Positions 9,486-20,142 are shown, numbered from the stretch's first letter. The stretch is DNA of 64,000 nucleotides from an uncultured Actinomycetota bacterium (GCA_964346985.1 CAYFWW010000005.1:17206-81205), one strand, 5' to 3'. Translations and numbers: made by a program. Notes: generated by a model from the letters alone, not told the origin.

Positions 9486-11348
9486 ATGGTTAGATTGCCC
9501 GATTTTGTCCATAAAAGACTTGCAATATTTAATCTTATTATTTTGATTATTTTTGCTGTTCTTTTAGGCAGGTTATGGTTTTTACAGATTGCACTGGGAA
9601 ATGAGTATAACCAGCTTGCTGAGAGCAATAGAGTTCGAACTGTAGATATACCCTCTCCTAGAGGCAATATCTATGACCTTAACGGAGAGGTCCTGGTAAA
9701 AAACAGGCCTGGTTTGGCCGTAGCTATAGTTCCCTTTGTCTTTAAAGATAATAGTAAATTGATTGAACGACTGGCATTGCTTTTAGATATTACCCCACAG
9801 GAGATTAAAGAAAAACTTAAAGAAAAAAAGACAGATCCTCTTGAACCAAAGATTATAAAAAGAGATGTCGGTGAAGAAAAAATTACCTATCTTGTCGAAC
9901 ATCAAGCAGAATTTACCGGAATAGAGATAATAACTGAACCCATAAGGGAGTATATATTTGGCAATATGGCACCCCATGTACTTGGATATGTTGGTGAAAT
10001 CTCTAAAAAAGAGCTGAAGTTGAAAGAAAGTCAAAAAATTGAGATGGGTGACATGATTGGCAAGAGCGGGATTGAAAAAGAATATCAGGTATTTCTAAGC
10101 GGTCAAAAAGGACAGAAAAATATTGAGGTTAATGCCAACGGCAGGCCGATTAGAGTAATCAACGAGATTGAACCAATATCAGGCCAAAATTTAAGAATGA
10201 CACTTGATACAAAAATTCAATTGGCTTTAGAGCAGTCCTTAGAAGAAGGAATAAAGCTGGCTCAAAAAAGAGGACATAAAAACGCTAAAGCAGGTGCAGC
10301 TTTGGTTATGGATCCTTATACGGGAGAAATTAAAGCAATGGCCAGTTATCCAGTTTTTGATCCTTCCGAATTTATAGGAGGTATATCTAAAGAAAAATGG
10401 GCTGATTTAAATCGACCAGAGAATAATTTTCCTATGTTAAATAGAGCTGTAATGGCTACTTATCCACCTGGCTCAACCTTTAAATTAGTAACCGGGTTAG
10501 CTGCGCTGCAGGATGGTATGGTTTCTTCAAATAGTACTTTTGTCTGTACGGGAAAATGGATGGATTTAGGCAGAGATTGGCCTAAATATTGCTGGAAAAG
10601 ATCGGGACACGGAAGCTTGAACTTTAATCAGGGTATTGCTTACTCCTGTGATACTGTATTTTACGAGATAGGGTATAGTTTTTATAAAAGAAAAGGTGAA
10701 CCTTTCCAGGAGTGGGCAAGGAAAATGGGGTTTGGTCGTGATACTGAAATTGATCTACCTTCTGAATTAAAAGGCAGGATACCGGATAAAGAATGGAAAA
10801 AGAGATTTTATAAAAATTATCCTGAGCTGCAAACCTGGTTTCCGGGCGATACGGTTAATATGGCGATTGGCCAAGGTGATGTTTTAACATCCCCGATCCA
10901 ACTAGCAAACTTTTATTCGACAATTATAAATGGCGGTAAACTATATAAACCAAGATTGGTCAAGTCCATTCTATCAATAGAGGGAAAAATATCACATAAT
11001 TACAAACCTGAAATTATCGGTGAAATAGGAGTAAAACCCTCTTATCTTCAAGTGGTTAAAAAAGACCTGGAAGCAGTCGTTGAATTCGGTACAGCTTCAT
11101 CAGCTTTTCGAGGTTTTCCGATTAAGATTGGCGGTAAAACCGGAACTTCGCAAGTTAAAGGAAAAGATGATTATGCCTGGTTTGTATCTTTCGCACCTGC
11201 GGAAAAGACGAAATACATTAGTGTCTTTGTTATAGAGCAAGGCGGTAATGGTGGTGAAGCCGGTGCACTGGCTGCCAGGAAGCTATACAGCCAAATCTTT
11301 GATATTGAAGATAAAGGAGTTGAGGGAGTGGTAGACAGATCAAGATGA
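9486..11348 (+). CDS. mrdA: Penicillin-binding protein 2 (elongasome peptidoglycan D,D-transpeptidase)
   Basis: 620 aa. N-terminal TM helix, PBP dimerisation domain, transpeptidase motifs STFK and KTGT. Followed by rodA. Confidence 0.9.
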   Translation: MVRLPDFVHKRLAIFNLIILIIFAVLLGRLWFLQIALGNEYNQLAESNRVRTVDIPSPRGNIYDLNGEVLVKNRPGLAVAIVPFVFKDNSKLIERLALLLDITPQEIKEKLKEKKTDPLEPKIIKRDVGEEKITYLVEHQAEFTGIEIITEPIREYIFGNMAPHVLGYVGEISKKELKLKESQKIEMGDMIGKSGIEKEYQVFLSGQKGQKNIEVNANGRPIRVINEIEPISGQNLRMTLDTKIQLALEQSLEEGIKLAQKRGHKNAKAGAALVMDPYTGEIKAMASYPVFDPSEFIGGISKEKWADLNRPENNFPMLNRAVMATYPPGSTFKLVTGLAALQDGMVSSNSTFVCTGKWMDLGRDWPKYCWKRSGHGSLNFNQGIAYSCDTVFYEIGYSFYKRKGEPFQEWARKMGFGRDTEIDLPSELKGRIPDKEWKKRFYKNYPELQTWFPGDTVNMAIGQGDVLTSPIQLANFYSTIINGGKLYKPRLVKSILSIEGKISHNYKPEIIGEIGVKPSYLQVVKKDLEAVVEFGTASSAFRGFPIKIGGKTGTSQVKGKDDYAWFVSFAPAEKTKYISVFVIEQGGNGGEAGALAARKLYSQIFDIEDKGVEGVVDRSR

Positions 11349-12487
11349 GAATTAATTTAAATAGAGATCGTTTGATAAGACAAATAGACTGGATTCTTAT
11401 ACTTGCTGTTATTACTATTCTTATAATCGGCATACTTATTATATCTTCAGCAACTCACCAGGAAATAACTGAAGGAGATAATCTATCTGAACTTTATCCT
11501 AAACAACTTATCTTTATTGTATTCAGCCTCTTTATTTTAGCAATTACCTGGTTAGTAGATTATCATCAAATCAAGGGTTATTATTTTCATTTATATGGGC
11601 TAAACCTATTTTTTCTTTTATTGGTACTTTTACTTGGCAACACAGAGCCCGGGGCCCAGCGATGGATAGAGATCGGATCTTTTCAGATACAACCGTCAGA
11701 AATATCAAAGATAATAATTATAATCACTCTGGCTGCTTTTTTGTCAACCAGAAAAGGCGATTTGACTGGGATTAAGGATATTGTCTTTGCTTTTATTCAT
11801 ATCTCCATTCCAACTTTTTTTATTTTTTTACAGCCGGATTTGGGCACATCTTTGGTCTTGATTGCTGTTTTAATAGGTCAACTTTTTATTGCTGGAATTA
11901 AAATAAAACATCTTGGGGTAATATTTATTATTGGATTTGTATTAATAGCAATAATTTTTAACTTTAACCTTTTAAAGGAATATCAAATGAATAGGCTTTT
12001 AGTATTTCTTAATCCAGACCTTGATCCACAGGGTGCCGGATACAATTTAAGCCAGTCCAAGATTGCTATTGGATCAGGACAAATATTTGGTAAGGGTTTA
12101 TATTCAGGAACACAAACCAATCTTAGATTTCTACCGGCCAGACATACTGACTTTATCTTTTCTGTAGTCGGAGAAGAGTTAGGCTTTTTAGGTACATCAA
12201 TGGTTTTGGTCCTATATTTTATAATAATTGGTAGAGGAATTGCCATTGCCTTATCGGCGAAAGATATTTACGGAGCTCTGGTTTCCATAGGCATTGTAGC
12301 TATGTGGATGTTTCAAATAACTGTTAATATTGGAATGACTATAGGAATAATGCCAATAACTGGAATTCCACTGCCGTTTCTAAGTTATGGTGGTAGTTCG
12401 ATGTTGATTAATATGGTTTCAGTTGGTCTATTATTGAATATATATAGCCGGAGGTTTAAAACTAGTAGAAAAATTATGACAGTCTAA
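11345..12487 (+). CDS. rodA: SEDS family peptidoglycan polymerase RodA
   Basis: FtsW/RodA/SpoVE family polytopic membrane protein. ATGA overlap with mrdA. Confidence 0.9.
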   Translation: MRINLNRDRLIRQIDWILILAVITILIIGILIISSATHQEITEGDNLSELYPKQLIFIVFSLFILAITWLVDYHQIKGYYFHLYGLNLFFLLLVLLLGNTEPGAQRWIEIGSFQIQPSEISKIIIIITLAAFLSTRKGDLTGIKDIVFAFIHISIPTFFIFLQPDLGTSLVLIAVLIGQLFIAGIKIKHLGVIFIIGFVLIAIIFNFNLLKEYQMNRLLVFLNPDLDPQGAGYNLSQSKIAIGSGQIFGKGLYSGTQTNLRFLPARHTDFIFSVVGEELGFLGTSMVLVLYFIIIGRGIAIALSAKDIYGALVSIGIVAMWMFQITVNIGMTIGIMPITGIPLPFLSYGGSSMLINMVSVGLLLNIYSRRFKTSRKIMTV

Positions 12488-12494
12488 AAATAGC

Positions 12495-13433
12495 ATGAAA
12501 ACACCGATTAAAACCAAACAAATATTTAAAATTTTGAATAGCGTAAAGAAAGAATCATCAAAAAGCTTTAATATACTAATTATTGGTGAAAAAAACGCAG
12601 GTAAAAAAAGTCTGATTGATAACTTAGCAAAGAACAGCTTGGCCCAGGAGGGTTTATTATCACTTAATATTGAAAATCAGAGAGTTGAATATCATCCTGA
12701 ATTTACCGAAGTAGGCAAAAAGGCTGATATCATCTTAATCTTATTGGATGCCACTAAATCAATAAATAGGAACTTAAAAAGTTATTATGATTATTCCAGA
12801 AGAAAATTTAAGAAGTTACCTTTATTAGTATTAAATAAGATTGATTTGAACCCCCGGGTGGAATCCTTGCTTTATGATATCTATCAAATCTTTGATGTTA
12901 AGCCTTCACATGTGTATTTAATCTCAGCTCGAAATAATATCAATATTGATCAACCTTTGATCGAAGGACTATTAAAAGGACTAAAAGAAAAGGAAATTGC
13001 AGTCAGCCGGTCTTTACCTCGTTTTAGAAAGACTGCTGCCCGGCTGATTACAAAAAGAACAGCTCAACAAAATGGAATCATCGGGGCGGTAACTATTATT
13101 CCTGGTACGGATATGCCCATTCTCATGGCAAACCAGATTAAAATGATTCTACAGATATCAGCAATTTATGACAAAGATCTATCCATGGAAAGGATTACTG
13201 AAATACTTTTTACAATTGGCAGTGGATATACTTGGAGAGCTTTAGCACGTCAGTTATTAGACTTTATCCCGGGAGTGGGCTGGATAATTAAAGGATCAGT
13301 AGCTTTTACCGGAACACATCTGATCGGAGAAGCAGCTATAAAATATTTTGAAAAGGGCGGCATATTAACTCCGAATAAGTTACGGGAATTCCTGGAGAAT
13401 GTAACCAAAAGATTAAAAGTGGGTAGGGGCTAA
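12495..13433 (+). CDS. P-loop GTPase-like protein with a C-terminal DUF697-like domain
   Basis: GEKNAGKKS P-loop and LNKIDL (NKxD) motif, but no clear DxxG. The C-terminal region (…IPGTDMPILMANQIKMILQISAIYDKD…) resembles the DUF697/YcjF-type domain as I recall it. Confidence 0.5.
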   Translation: MKTPIKTKQIFKILNSVKKESSKSFNILIIGEKNAGKKSLIDNLAKNSLAQEGLLSLNIENQRVEYHPEFTEVGKKADIILILLDATKSINRNLKSYYDYSRRKFKKLPLLVLNKIDLNPRVESLLYDIYQIFDVKPSHVYLISARNNINIDQPLIEGLLKGLKEKEIAVSRSLPRFRKTAARLITKRTAQQNGIIGAVTIIPGTDMPILMANQIKMILQISAIYDKDLSMERITEILFTIGSGYTWRALARQLLDFIPGVGWIIKGSVAFTGTHLIGEAAIKYFEKGGILTPNKLREFLENVTKRLKVGRG

Positions 13434-15292
13434 TGCCCTCACTTTGGGAACAAATTGAAGAAATACTTCCGGATGTAGAAAAACCTGTTAGATATATAAA
13501 CCGTGAAGTAAATGCAGCTAAAAAGAGTTGGAACCGAGCAGACATTAAAGTTTGCCTTGTTTATCCAGACACATATGAGATTGGTATGTCCAATCTTGGT
13601 ATACAGATTCTATATGCACTTCTAAATTCCAAAAAAGGAATTATTGCCGAAAGAGTTTATAATCCCTGGATTGACTTTGAGAGACAGCTTTTAAATCATA
13701 AAATTCCTCTTTTTTCTTTGGAGACTAACCATCCAGTCAAGGATTTTGATATTCTAGGCATTACTCTTCAGCATGAATTAACATATACGAATATCCTAAG
13801 GCTTTTAGATCTTGCCCGTATTCCACTGTTAGCTGATGAGCGGGATGGAGAATATCCATTAGTGGTAGGAGGAGGACCTGCTGCTTATAACCCAGAGCCA
13901 TTAGCTCCTTTTTTTGATTGTTTTGTAATTGGAGATGGGGAAGAGGTCATTTTTGAGTTAGTGGATATGATCAGAAATTTTAAGAATAATACTCAAAACA
14001 AAAAGGAGCTTTTAAAAGAATTAGCAAGTATTAAGGGAGTTTATGTTCCTAGTTTATATAAAACAATCTATGATGAAGAGGATAGAATTTTACGGATAAA
14101 AAACAGTTCTCATGCCCCCCCAGTAATAGAAAAGAGATTGATAAATGATATAAACTACCAAATTCCTTATGATAATGTAATTGTTCCCTACATGGACATA
14201 GTTCATGAAAGGGTAAATGCAGAGATTATGAGAGGTTGTACAAGGGGCTGCCGCTTTTGCCAAGCAGGTATAATATACAGGCCGGTACGCGAAAAAAAAT
14301 GTAAAGTAGCTCAAGAAGAGATAAGGGAACTGTTTGCTGTTACCGGTCAGGACCAAATCGGGCTTTCTGCATTAAGTTGTAGTGATTATACGAGAATCGA
14401 AGAACTTGTAAATTGCCTGGTTAATGATTTTAGGGGACAGGGTATTTCAATTTCTTTACCGTCCCTACGAGTTGATACTTTTTCGGTTAAATTAGCTTCG
14501 GAAATACAAAAGATTAGAAAAACAGGGTTAACCTTTGCACCTGAAGCCGGCTCTCAAAGGTTACGAAATGTAATTAATAAGCAGATTTCCCAGGAGAATA
14601 TCTTAAAAGCTGCTGAAGCTGCCTTCTATTCAGGATGGTTTAAGCTGAAATTGTATTTTATGATAGGCTTGCCGACGGAAAAGCATCAGGATATTCAGGC
14701 AATGGCCGATTTGATTGACGATATAGTCTTACTGGGACGCCGCACTATATCAAAGAGTGTCAGAAAAAGAATCAAGATAAATGTTAGCATTTCAAATTTT
14801 ATACCTAAACCTCACACGCCTTTTCAATGGTTGCCAATGGATAAAGATGAAAGCTTAAAAGAAAAACAGGATTATCTGAAAGCTAGAATTGTTCAGAGAG
14901 AAGTCAATTTAAAATGGCATGATGTAAAGCAGAGTAGAATCGAGGCTATTTTTTCCAGGGGCGACAGACGACTGTCTGCTGTTTTGCAGTCTTCAATTGG
15001 GAAAGGATGCCGTTTTGATAATTGGTCGGAATTTTTTGATAATAATTTATGGGAGAAATCTTTTTCTGATTCAAACATTAATCCCGATTTCTATCTTTAC
15101 AGGAATATTGGGCATAAAGAAGTCCTTCCCTGGGATCATATTGATACTTTAGTAAAGAAAGAGTTCCTCCTTAGAGAGTTAAGTATGGCTCGTCAAGGAA
15201 GAACCAGTGATGATTGCCGGTTTAGAAATTGTCTTGATTGTGGCCTTTGCAAAGGCCCTGTAAAAAATGTCTTGGACAAAATCAATGATTAA
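13433..15292 (+). CDS. B12-binding-domain radical SAM protein (TIGR03960-like)
   Basis: CTRGCRFCQAG radical SAM CxxxCxxC motif after an N-terminal B12-binding-like domain. About 620 aa, the typical size of the radical SAM protein that recurs upstream of rne/rng in Firmicutes. Confidence 0.8.
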   Translation: MPSLWEQIEEILPDVEKPVRYINREVNAAKKSWNRADIKVCLVYPDTYEIGMSNLGIQILYALLNSKKGIIAERVYNPWIDFERQLLNHKIPLFSLETNHPVKDFDILGITLQHELTYTNILRLLDLARIPLLADERDGEYPLVVGGGPAAYNPEPLAPFFDCFVIGDGEEVIFELVDMIRNFKNNTQNKKELLKELASIKGVYVPSLYKTIYDEEDRILRIKNSSHAPPVIEKRLINDINYQIPYDNVIVPYMDIVHERVNAEIMRGCTRGCRFCQAGIIYRPVREKKCKVAQEEIRELFAVTGQDQIGLSALSCSDYTRIEELVNCLVNDFRGQGISISLPSLRVDTFSVKLASEIQKIRKTGLTFAPEAGSQRLRNVINKQISQENILKAAEAAFYSGWFKLKLYFMIGLPTEKHQDIQAMADLIDDIVLLGRRTISKSVRKRIKINVSISNFIPKPHTPFQWLPMDKDESLKEKQDYLKARIVQREVNLKWHDVKQSRIEAIFSRGDRRLSAVLQSSIGKGCRFDNWSEFFDNNLWEKSFSDSNINPDFYLYRNIGHKEVLPWDHIDTLVKKEFLLRELSMARQGRTSDDCRFRNCLDCGLCKGPVKNVLDKIND

Positions 15293-15980
15293 ATATAGGT
15301 TTTCATATAGTAAAAAAGGCAGACTGCGTTTCTTATCTCATCTTGAACTGACCGGCACATTAATCAAAGCAATACGCAGGTCCGGCCTTCCTTATAAACT
15401 AACCGAAGGCTTTAATCCTCATCCAAAGATTGTATTTAGCCAGGCATTGCCTGTAGGGTTTTCAAGTAGAGAAGAATGGGCAGAATTGACCTTAAAAGAT
15501 GAAATCAAAAAGGAAATATTTAAAGAGCTTTTAAACGAACATTTACCAGAAGAGATAACCATTGATACTTGTTTTGTTATCCGCTCTAAAAGAAGAGAGT
15601 TATCTAAAGACCTCCAGATTGCGAGGTACCGCGTATATTTTAACCAAGAATCAAGTAAAGATAAGATTAAGTTTTGGGTTGAAGGATTAATGAACATGAA
15701 CTGTTTGGAAATTAGAAAAAAAGAAAAGATGAAGCTCATTGAACCCCGAAAAGCTATCTTAAAATTTGAGCTGAAAGATTTTAATCAAAGTTTTTACTTA
15801 GATATTTATCTTAGAGCTGATATTGATAATCCTTTATGGCCAAGCGATATCGAGCATTTGATCATTTCCGATAAAAAATTAAGCCCAAAAAGAGTTAAAA
15901 TTGAAAAAATTGAGCATTTTTTAGAATTTTCTGGTAATCTTATAAAGGTAAAGGATTTTTTTAAACATAATCTAATTTGA
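15285..15980 (+). CDS. Radical-SAM-linked DUF2344 (TIGR03936-like) protein
   Basis: MIKYRFSYSKKGRLRFLSHLEL... matches the conserved N-terminus of the DUF2344 partner of the TIGR03960 radical SAM protein. ATGA-type overlap with the upstream gene. An ATG at 15267 is the alternative start. Confidence 0.7.
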   Translation: MIKYRFSYSKKGRLRFLSHLELTGTLIKAIRRSGLPYKLTEGFNPHPKIVFSQALPVGFSSREEWAELTLKDEIKKEIFKELLNEHLPEEITIDTCFVIRSKRRELSKDLQIARYRVYFNQESSKDKIKFWVEGLMNMNCLEIRKKEKMKLIEPRKAILKFELKDFNQSFYLDIYLRADIDNPLWPSDIEHLIISDKKLSPKRVKIEKIEHFLEFSGNLIKVKDFFKHNLI

Positions 15981-16019
15981 TTTTTTCTGTTCTACCAAGA
16001 AAAGAACAGAATATTTTAC

Positions 16020-16080
16020 GCAAGAGGTGTTACTTTTTTTAACGCCCGGGTAAGTTTAAGGCTTTATTTAACACTCTTGC
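16020..16080 (+). promoter_or_regulatory. Structured 5' leader upstream of RNase G/E: 11-bp long-range stem enclosing a GC palindrome
   Basis: GCAAGAG(G)TGTT at 16020-16031 pairs with AACACTCTTGC at 16070-16080. The loop contains the palindrome CGCCCGGG. It lies about 25 nt before the rng start. Confidence 0.3.
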
Positions 16081-16104
16081 GGCATAATATTTGAGGAAAA
16101 AATT

Positions 16105-17631
16105 ATGTCGCAGAAGCTTAATGAGATTATTATAAACGTTAGTAACTACGAAACAAGAGTTGCTATCCTTGAAGATTATAGTTTAGTAGAGCTATACTAT
16201 GAACGGCAGATAAACCGCTCGGTTGTTGGAAATATCTATCTAGGCCGTGTTATGGATATTCTTCCGGGGATGGAAGCAGCTTTTGTTGACATAGGCCTCG
16301 AAAAAAATGCTTTCCTCTATGTTGAAGAGATTATTGAAAGCTACAAACCTGAATTAGAAGAAGAACAATTAATTCAAAATATCCTTTCCAAAGGTCAGGA
16401 AATAATGGTTCAAATTGTTAAAGAACCGATGGGTGGGAAGGGGGCCAGGCTAACAACACAAGTTGCTGTTCCAGGTAGGTATATTGTTTTACTACCATTT
16501 TCTGAATTTGCAGGTGTTTCAAAAAAAATTGAAGAACAGAGAAGAGAGAAACTCAAAGAAATTGTTGATTCAATCAAACCGAAAGATATGGGCCTTATTG
16601 TCAGAACTGCTGCTGAGAAATGTTATAAAAAAGATTTGAAGTTTGATCTCAGATATTTAAAGAAGATATGGAAGACAATTATACAGCGTAAAAAATTATC
16701 TCACCCACCAAGTTTGATCTATTCTGAATTAGAACTGCCTTTAAGAATAGTTCGTGATGTTTTTTCAGAGAAATTTCAGAAACTTATAGTTGATGACCGT
16801 GAAGTATTTGAAAAAATAATGCTATTACTTGAAAACACTAATCCTGATCTCAAGCCTAGAGTTGAATTGTACACGAAAGCTCTACCAATCTTTGATAAGT
16901 ACCATTTAAATGATGATATCGAAAAAGCGCTTAAACGAAAGGTCTGGTTGCGTTCAGGAGGTTATATTACTATTGATCAGACAGAAGCCCTAACTGCGAT
17001 AGACGTCAATACAGGTAAGTTTATCGGCAGAAATAACCTTGAGGAGACTATACTTCAAACAAACCTTGAAGCTTCGGAAGAGATTGTACGCCAGCTTAGA
17101 TTTAGGGATATTGGTGGGATTATAATAATTGATTTTATAGATATGCAGGAAGAAGAACATAAAGAACAGGTATTCCAATCTTTTAATCAAGCATTGGAAA
17201 CTGATCGGACCAAAACTAGAGTGGTTGAGATTTCAAGTCTTGGATTGATTGAAATGACCAGGAAGAAAGTGTCAGACGGTTTACTTGATTATTTAACCCA
17301 GACCTGTCCTCGGTGTAAGGGAGTAGGCAGAATTTTATCGAACAATAGCAATTTTATTGAAGCGGAGAGAATTATTCATAAAATCTGTGCTTCAAATCGA
17401 CAACCTGCTTTTCTATTTAAAGGTAATATTGAGATTGCATCTATGCTTATTGGGAAAAAAGCATCTGGGTTGAATAGGCTACAAGCCGAGACTGGAAAGA
17501 AGATTTATATTTATGGAGATAATGAAACTCCACCGGAAAATTTCATGAATATAAAAAAAGGTTCTATTAAAGAAGTAGAATATGCTTTTCAAGAATTAGA
17601 AAATCAACGTAAGAATAAGACTATTCTCTAA
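16105..17631 (+). CDS. rng: Ribonuclease G/E family endoribonuclease (catalytic N-terminal-domain type)
   Basis: 508 aa. S1 domain (…VGNIYLGRVMDILPGMEAAFVDIG…), DNase-I-like region and a Zn-link CPRCKGVG. Confidence 0.85.
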   Translation: MSQKLNEIIINVSNYETRVAILEDYSLVELYYERQINRSVVGNIYLGRVMDILPGMEAAFVDIGLEKNAFLYVEEIIESYKPELEEEQLIQNILSKGQEIMVQIVKEPMGGKGARLTTQVAVPGRYIVLLPFSEFAGVSKKIEEQRREKLKEIVDSIKPKDMGLIVRTAAEKCYKKDLKFDLRYLKKIWKTIIQRKKLSHPPSLIYSELELPLRIVRDVFSEKFQKLIVDDREVFEKIMLLLENTNPDLKPRVELYTKALPIFDKYHLNDDIEKALKRKVWLRSGGYITIDQTEALTAIDVNTGKFIGRNNLEETILQTNLEASEEIVRQLRFRDIGGIIIIDFIDMQEEEHKEQVFQSFNQALETDRTKTRVVEISSLGLIEMTRKKVSDGLLDYLTQTCPRCKGVGRILSNNSNFIEAERIIHKICASNRQPAFLFKGNIEIASMLIGKKASGLNRLQAETGKKIYIYGDNETPPENFMNIKKGSIKEVEYAFQELENQRKNKTIL

Positions 17632-18331
17632 TATATTCTTTTGAGCGGTTTTTTAAAAATTTAAAAATTAAAATTAAAGCTAAACCGGTAACAAATCCAC
17701 CTATATGGGCAAACCAGGCAACGCCAGAACTGGACTCAGGTGATACGCTAAATTCTTGCAGCCCGCTAATGACTTGAAGAAAGATCCAAAAACCAATTAC
17801 CAGTGAGGCGGGAAGGCTGATTACTCTTATAAAATAAAAGAATATTACCAAGCTATTAATTTTAGCTCGGGGATATAAGAGGATATAGGCACCTAAGATT
17901 CCGGCAATTGCACCACTCGCTCCCAGGCTTGGGATTTTTGAGAAAGGATCACTCAGTATATGGGCAAATGTTCCACCAAGCCCACATATAAGATAGAAAA
18001 TAATAAACTTAAAACTGCCAAGATAATCTTCTATATTATTTCCGAAAATCCATAGATAAAGCATATTGCTTAATAGATGAATGAGGTTTCCGTGTAAAAA
18101 CATGGAAGAAAAGACAGATAGATAGATTGGATTTACTTCTCCCGGAAATTGGTAAATATTAACGCCGTTGGTTATCTCATAAGGTATTACGGAAAAACGG
18201 TAGAAAAAACCTTCTAATTGCAGGCCTAAAGATATTTCATAGATAAATACTGCAACATTAGCGATGATTATCAAGATGGTCATGATAGGAAATTTTTTTG
18301 TTGGGTTTTCATCTGAAATTGGGATTAACAT
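17621..18331 (-). CDS. Rhomboid family intramembrane serine protease
   Basis: Six TM helices with the GASGAIAG (GxSG) catalytic motif and a downstream His. Convergent with rng, overlapping it by 11 bp. Confidence 0.85.
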   Translation of the reverse strand: MLIPISDENPTKKFPIMTILIIIANVAVFIYEISLGLQLEGFFYRFSVIPYEITNGVNIYQFPGEVNPIYLSVFSSMFLHGNLIHLLSNMLYLWIFGNNIEDYLGSFKFIIFYLICGLGGTFAHILSDPFSKIPSLGASGAIAGILGAYILLYPRAKINSLVIFFYFIRVISLPASLVIGFWIFLQVISGLQEFSVSPESSSGVAWFAHIGGFVTGLALILIFKFLKNRSKEYIRE

Positions 18332-18501
18332 GTTTATTATTTAATCTTGAAATTATAGTTAATTAATAATATAGCAGAAAAGATGTAAAGATAGACAATC
18401 TGGAAAGATAAACTTTTTTAGAAAATTATTAGCAGTGATTGATTAAAGGAATCTATTAGCTTATTATTATTTAAAATCTCTAAATGTTAAGGAGGCAGAT
18501 T

Positions 18502-19077
18502 ATGGGAGTTTGTTTTAGTATAGTTGTTATTGGGCTCCTAGCAATTGTTGGCCTGGCAATTATTTTTGTTATTGCTATCTATAACAGGCTAATTGTGCTA
18601 CGAAACAGAATTGACAATTCTTGGGCCCAGATTGATGTCCAATTAAAAAGGCGGTATGACCTTATACCAAATTTGGTTGAGACTGTTAAAGGCTATGCGA
18701 AACATGAAAAAACAGTATTTGAAGAGGTGACTAAAGCCAGAACTCAAGCAATTAATGCCGGGACTGTTCAAGAACAGTCAAATGCTGAAAATATGTTGAC
18801 CGGGGCCTTGAAATCATTGTTTGCTGTCGCTGAAAACTATCCGGATTTAAAGGCCAATGAAAACTTTTTAATGCTTCAAGAAGAATTATCTGGAACTGAA
18901 AGTAAGATTGCCTATGCCAGACAGTTTTATAATGATACTGTAATGAAATTCAATACAACTATTCAGACTTTTCCTAACAATTTATTAGCTGGAATGCTTG
19001 GTTTTAACCAAAGAGACTATTTTGAAATAGAGGAAGCCTCACGCGAAGCAGTAAAGGTTGATTTTACTGAATCTTAA
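18502..19077 (+). CDS. lemA: LemA family protein
   Basis: N-terminal TM helix followed by a LemA-type domain. The ATG at 18502 is preceded by AGGAGG. Followed by an M48 peptidase, the usual pairing. Confidence 0.85.
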   Translation: MGVCFSIVVIGLLAIVGLAIIFVIAIYNRLIVLRNRIDNSWAQIDVQLKRRYDLIPNLVETVKGYAKHEKTVFEEVTKARTQAINAGTVQEQSNAENMLTGALKSLFAVAENYPDLKANENFLMLQEELSGTESKIAYARQFYNDTVMKFNTTIQTFPNNLLAGMLGFNQRDYFEIEEASREAVKVDFTES

Positions 19078-19089
19078 TTTTATCTAAAA

Positions 19090-20001
19090 ATGTATGAACA
19101 GATTGCAGCTAACAAATATAAAACTGGCTTCTTAATGTTTGCCTTTTTCATTTTTATAATAATAATTGGCTGGGTTTTTGCTCAAATTTCAGAATTTGGT
19201 TATTTTGCTCTTTTTATAGCGGTTATTATTGCTATTATTGGAAGTTTCGGAAGTTATTATTACAGCGATAAAATAGTTTTGCGGATGAGTAAAGCTAGGC
19301 CAGTTTCCAGGGATGAACTTCCGTACCTTTATCATATTAATGAGGGTTTGGCTATTGCAGCAGGCATTCCTACCCCTAAAGCTTTTATAATAGATGATAC
19401 AGCCCCCAATGCTTTTGCCACTGGTAGAGATCCGGAGCATGCAGTTATTGCCGTGACCAGTGGATTGCTTGACAAGTTAAACAGGCAGGAGCTGGAGGGA
19501 GTTGTCGCTCATGAAATGTCACATATTAAGAACTTTGACATTAGGTTACAAACAGTTACTGTAGTCATGGTCGGCATAATTGCCTTATTATCAGATTGGA
19601 TGTTAAGGACTTTTTTCTGGGGAGGAAGGCGGAGAAGAGATAGTAGTTCTGGAAATATTGGAGTAATTTTAATAGTCGTTGGGTTAGTTCTAGCAATTTT
19701 ATCACCCATAATTGCTCAATTAATAAGATTGGCTATTTCCAGGAAGAGAGAATATTTAGCTGATGCCAGCGGAGCTATGCTCACTCGTTTTCCAGAAGGC
19801 TTGGCTAATGCACTTTTAAAAATATCAGAAGACAAAGAACCCCTGGAAGTAGCAAACAAGGCTACCAGCCCGCTTTATATAGCAACACCTTTTAATCTGA
19901 GAAAACGCCGCGGTTCTTATCTCTGGGAGACTCACCCGCCAATTAAAGAGCGGGTTGCAAAATTACGCGAGATGTCATTTCAACCGGAAGTACCTTCGTG
20001 A
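19090..20001 (+). CDS. htpX: M48 family zinc metalloprotease HtpX-like
   Basis: HEMSHIKNFD (HExxH) motif and several TM segments. Confidence 0.85.
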   Translation: MYEQIAANKYKTGFLMFAFFIFIIIIGWVFAQISEFGYFALFIAVIIAIIGSFGSYYYSDKIVLRMSKARPVSRDELPYLYHINEGLAIAAGIPTPKAFIIDDTAPNAFATGRDPEHAVIAVTSGLLDKLNRQELEGVVAHEMSHIKNFDIRLQTVTVVMVGIIALLSDWMLRTFFWGGRRRRDSSSGNIGVILIVVGLVLAILSPIIAQLIRLAISRKREYLADASGAMLTRFPEGLANALLKISEDKEPLEVANKATSPLYIATPFNLRKRRGSYLWETHPPIKERVAKLREMSFQPEVPS

Positions 20002-20113
20002 TACGTAATATCAGTGATTATGTAAGCCATTGGCTAACCTTTATGAGCTCTCTGCTGATTTTTGACAATAGCTTTCGACAAAAGAATCCTCCAATTACAT
20101 CCTTAACAGCTTT

Positions 20114-20142
20114 TTGACATTGCCTGATTAACCAAGTATTAT
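20114..20142 (+). promoter_or_regulatory. Near-consensus sigma-A promoter (TTGACA-17-TATTAT) with no downstream ORF
   Basis: TTGACA at 20114-20119, a 17-nt spacer, TATTAT at 20137-20142. No ORF longer than 14 codons lies between here and the terminator at 20333-20368. Confidence 0.45.
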
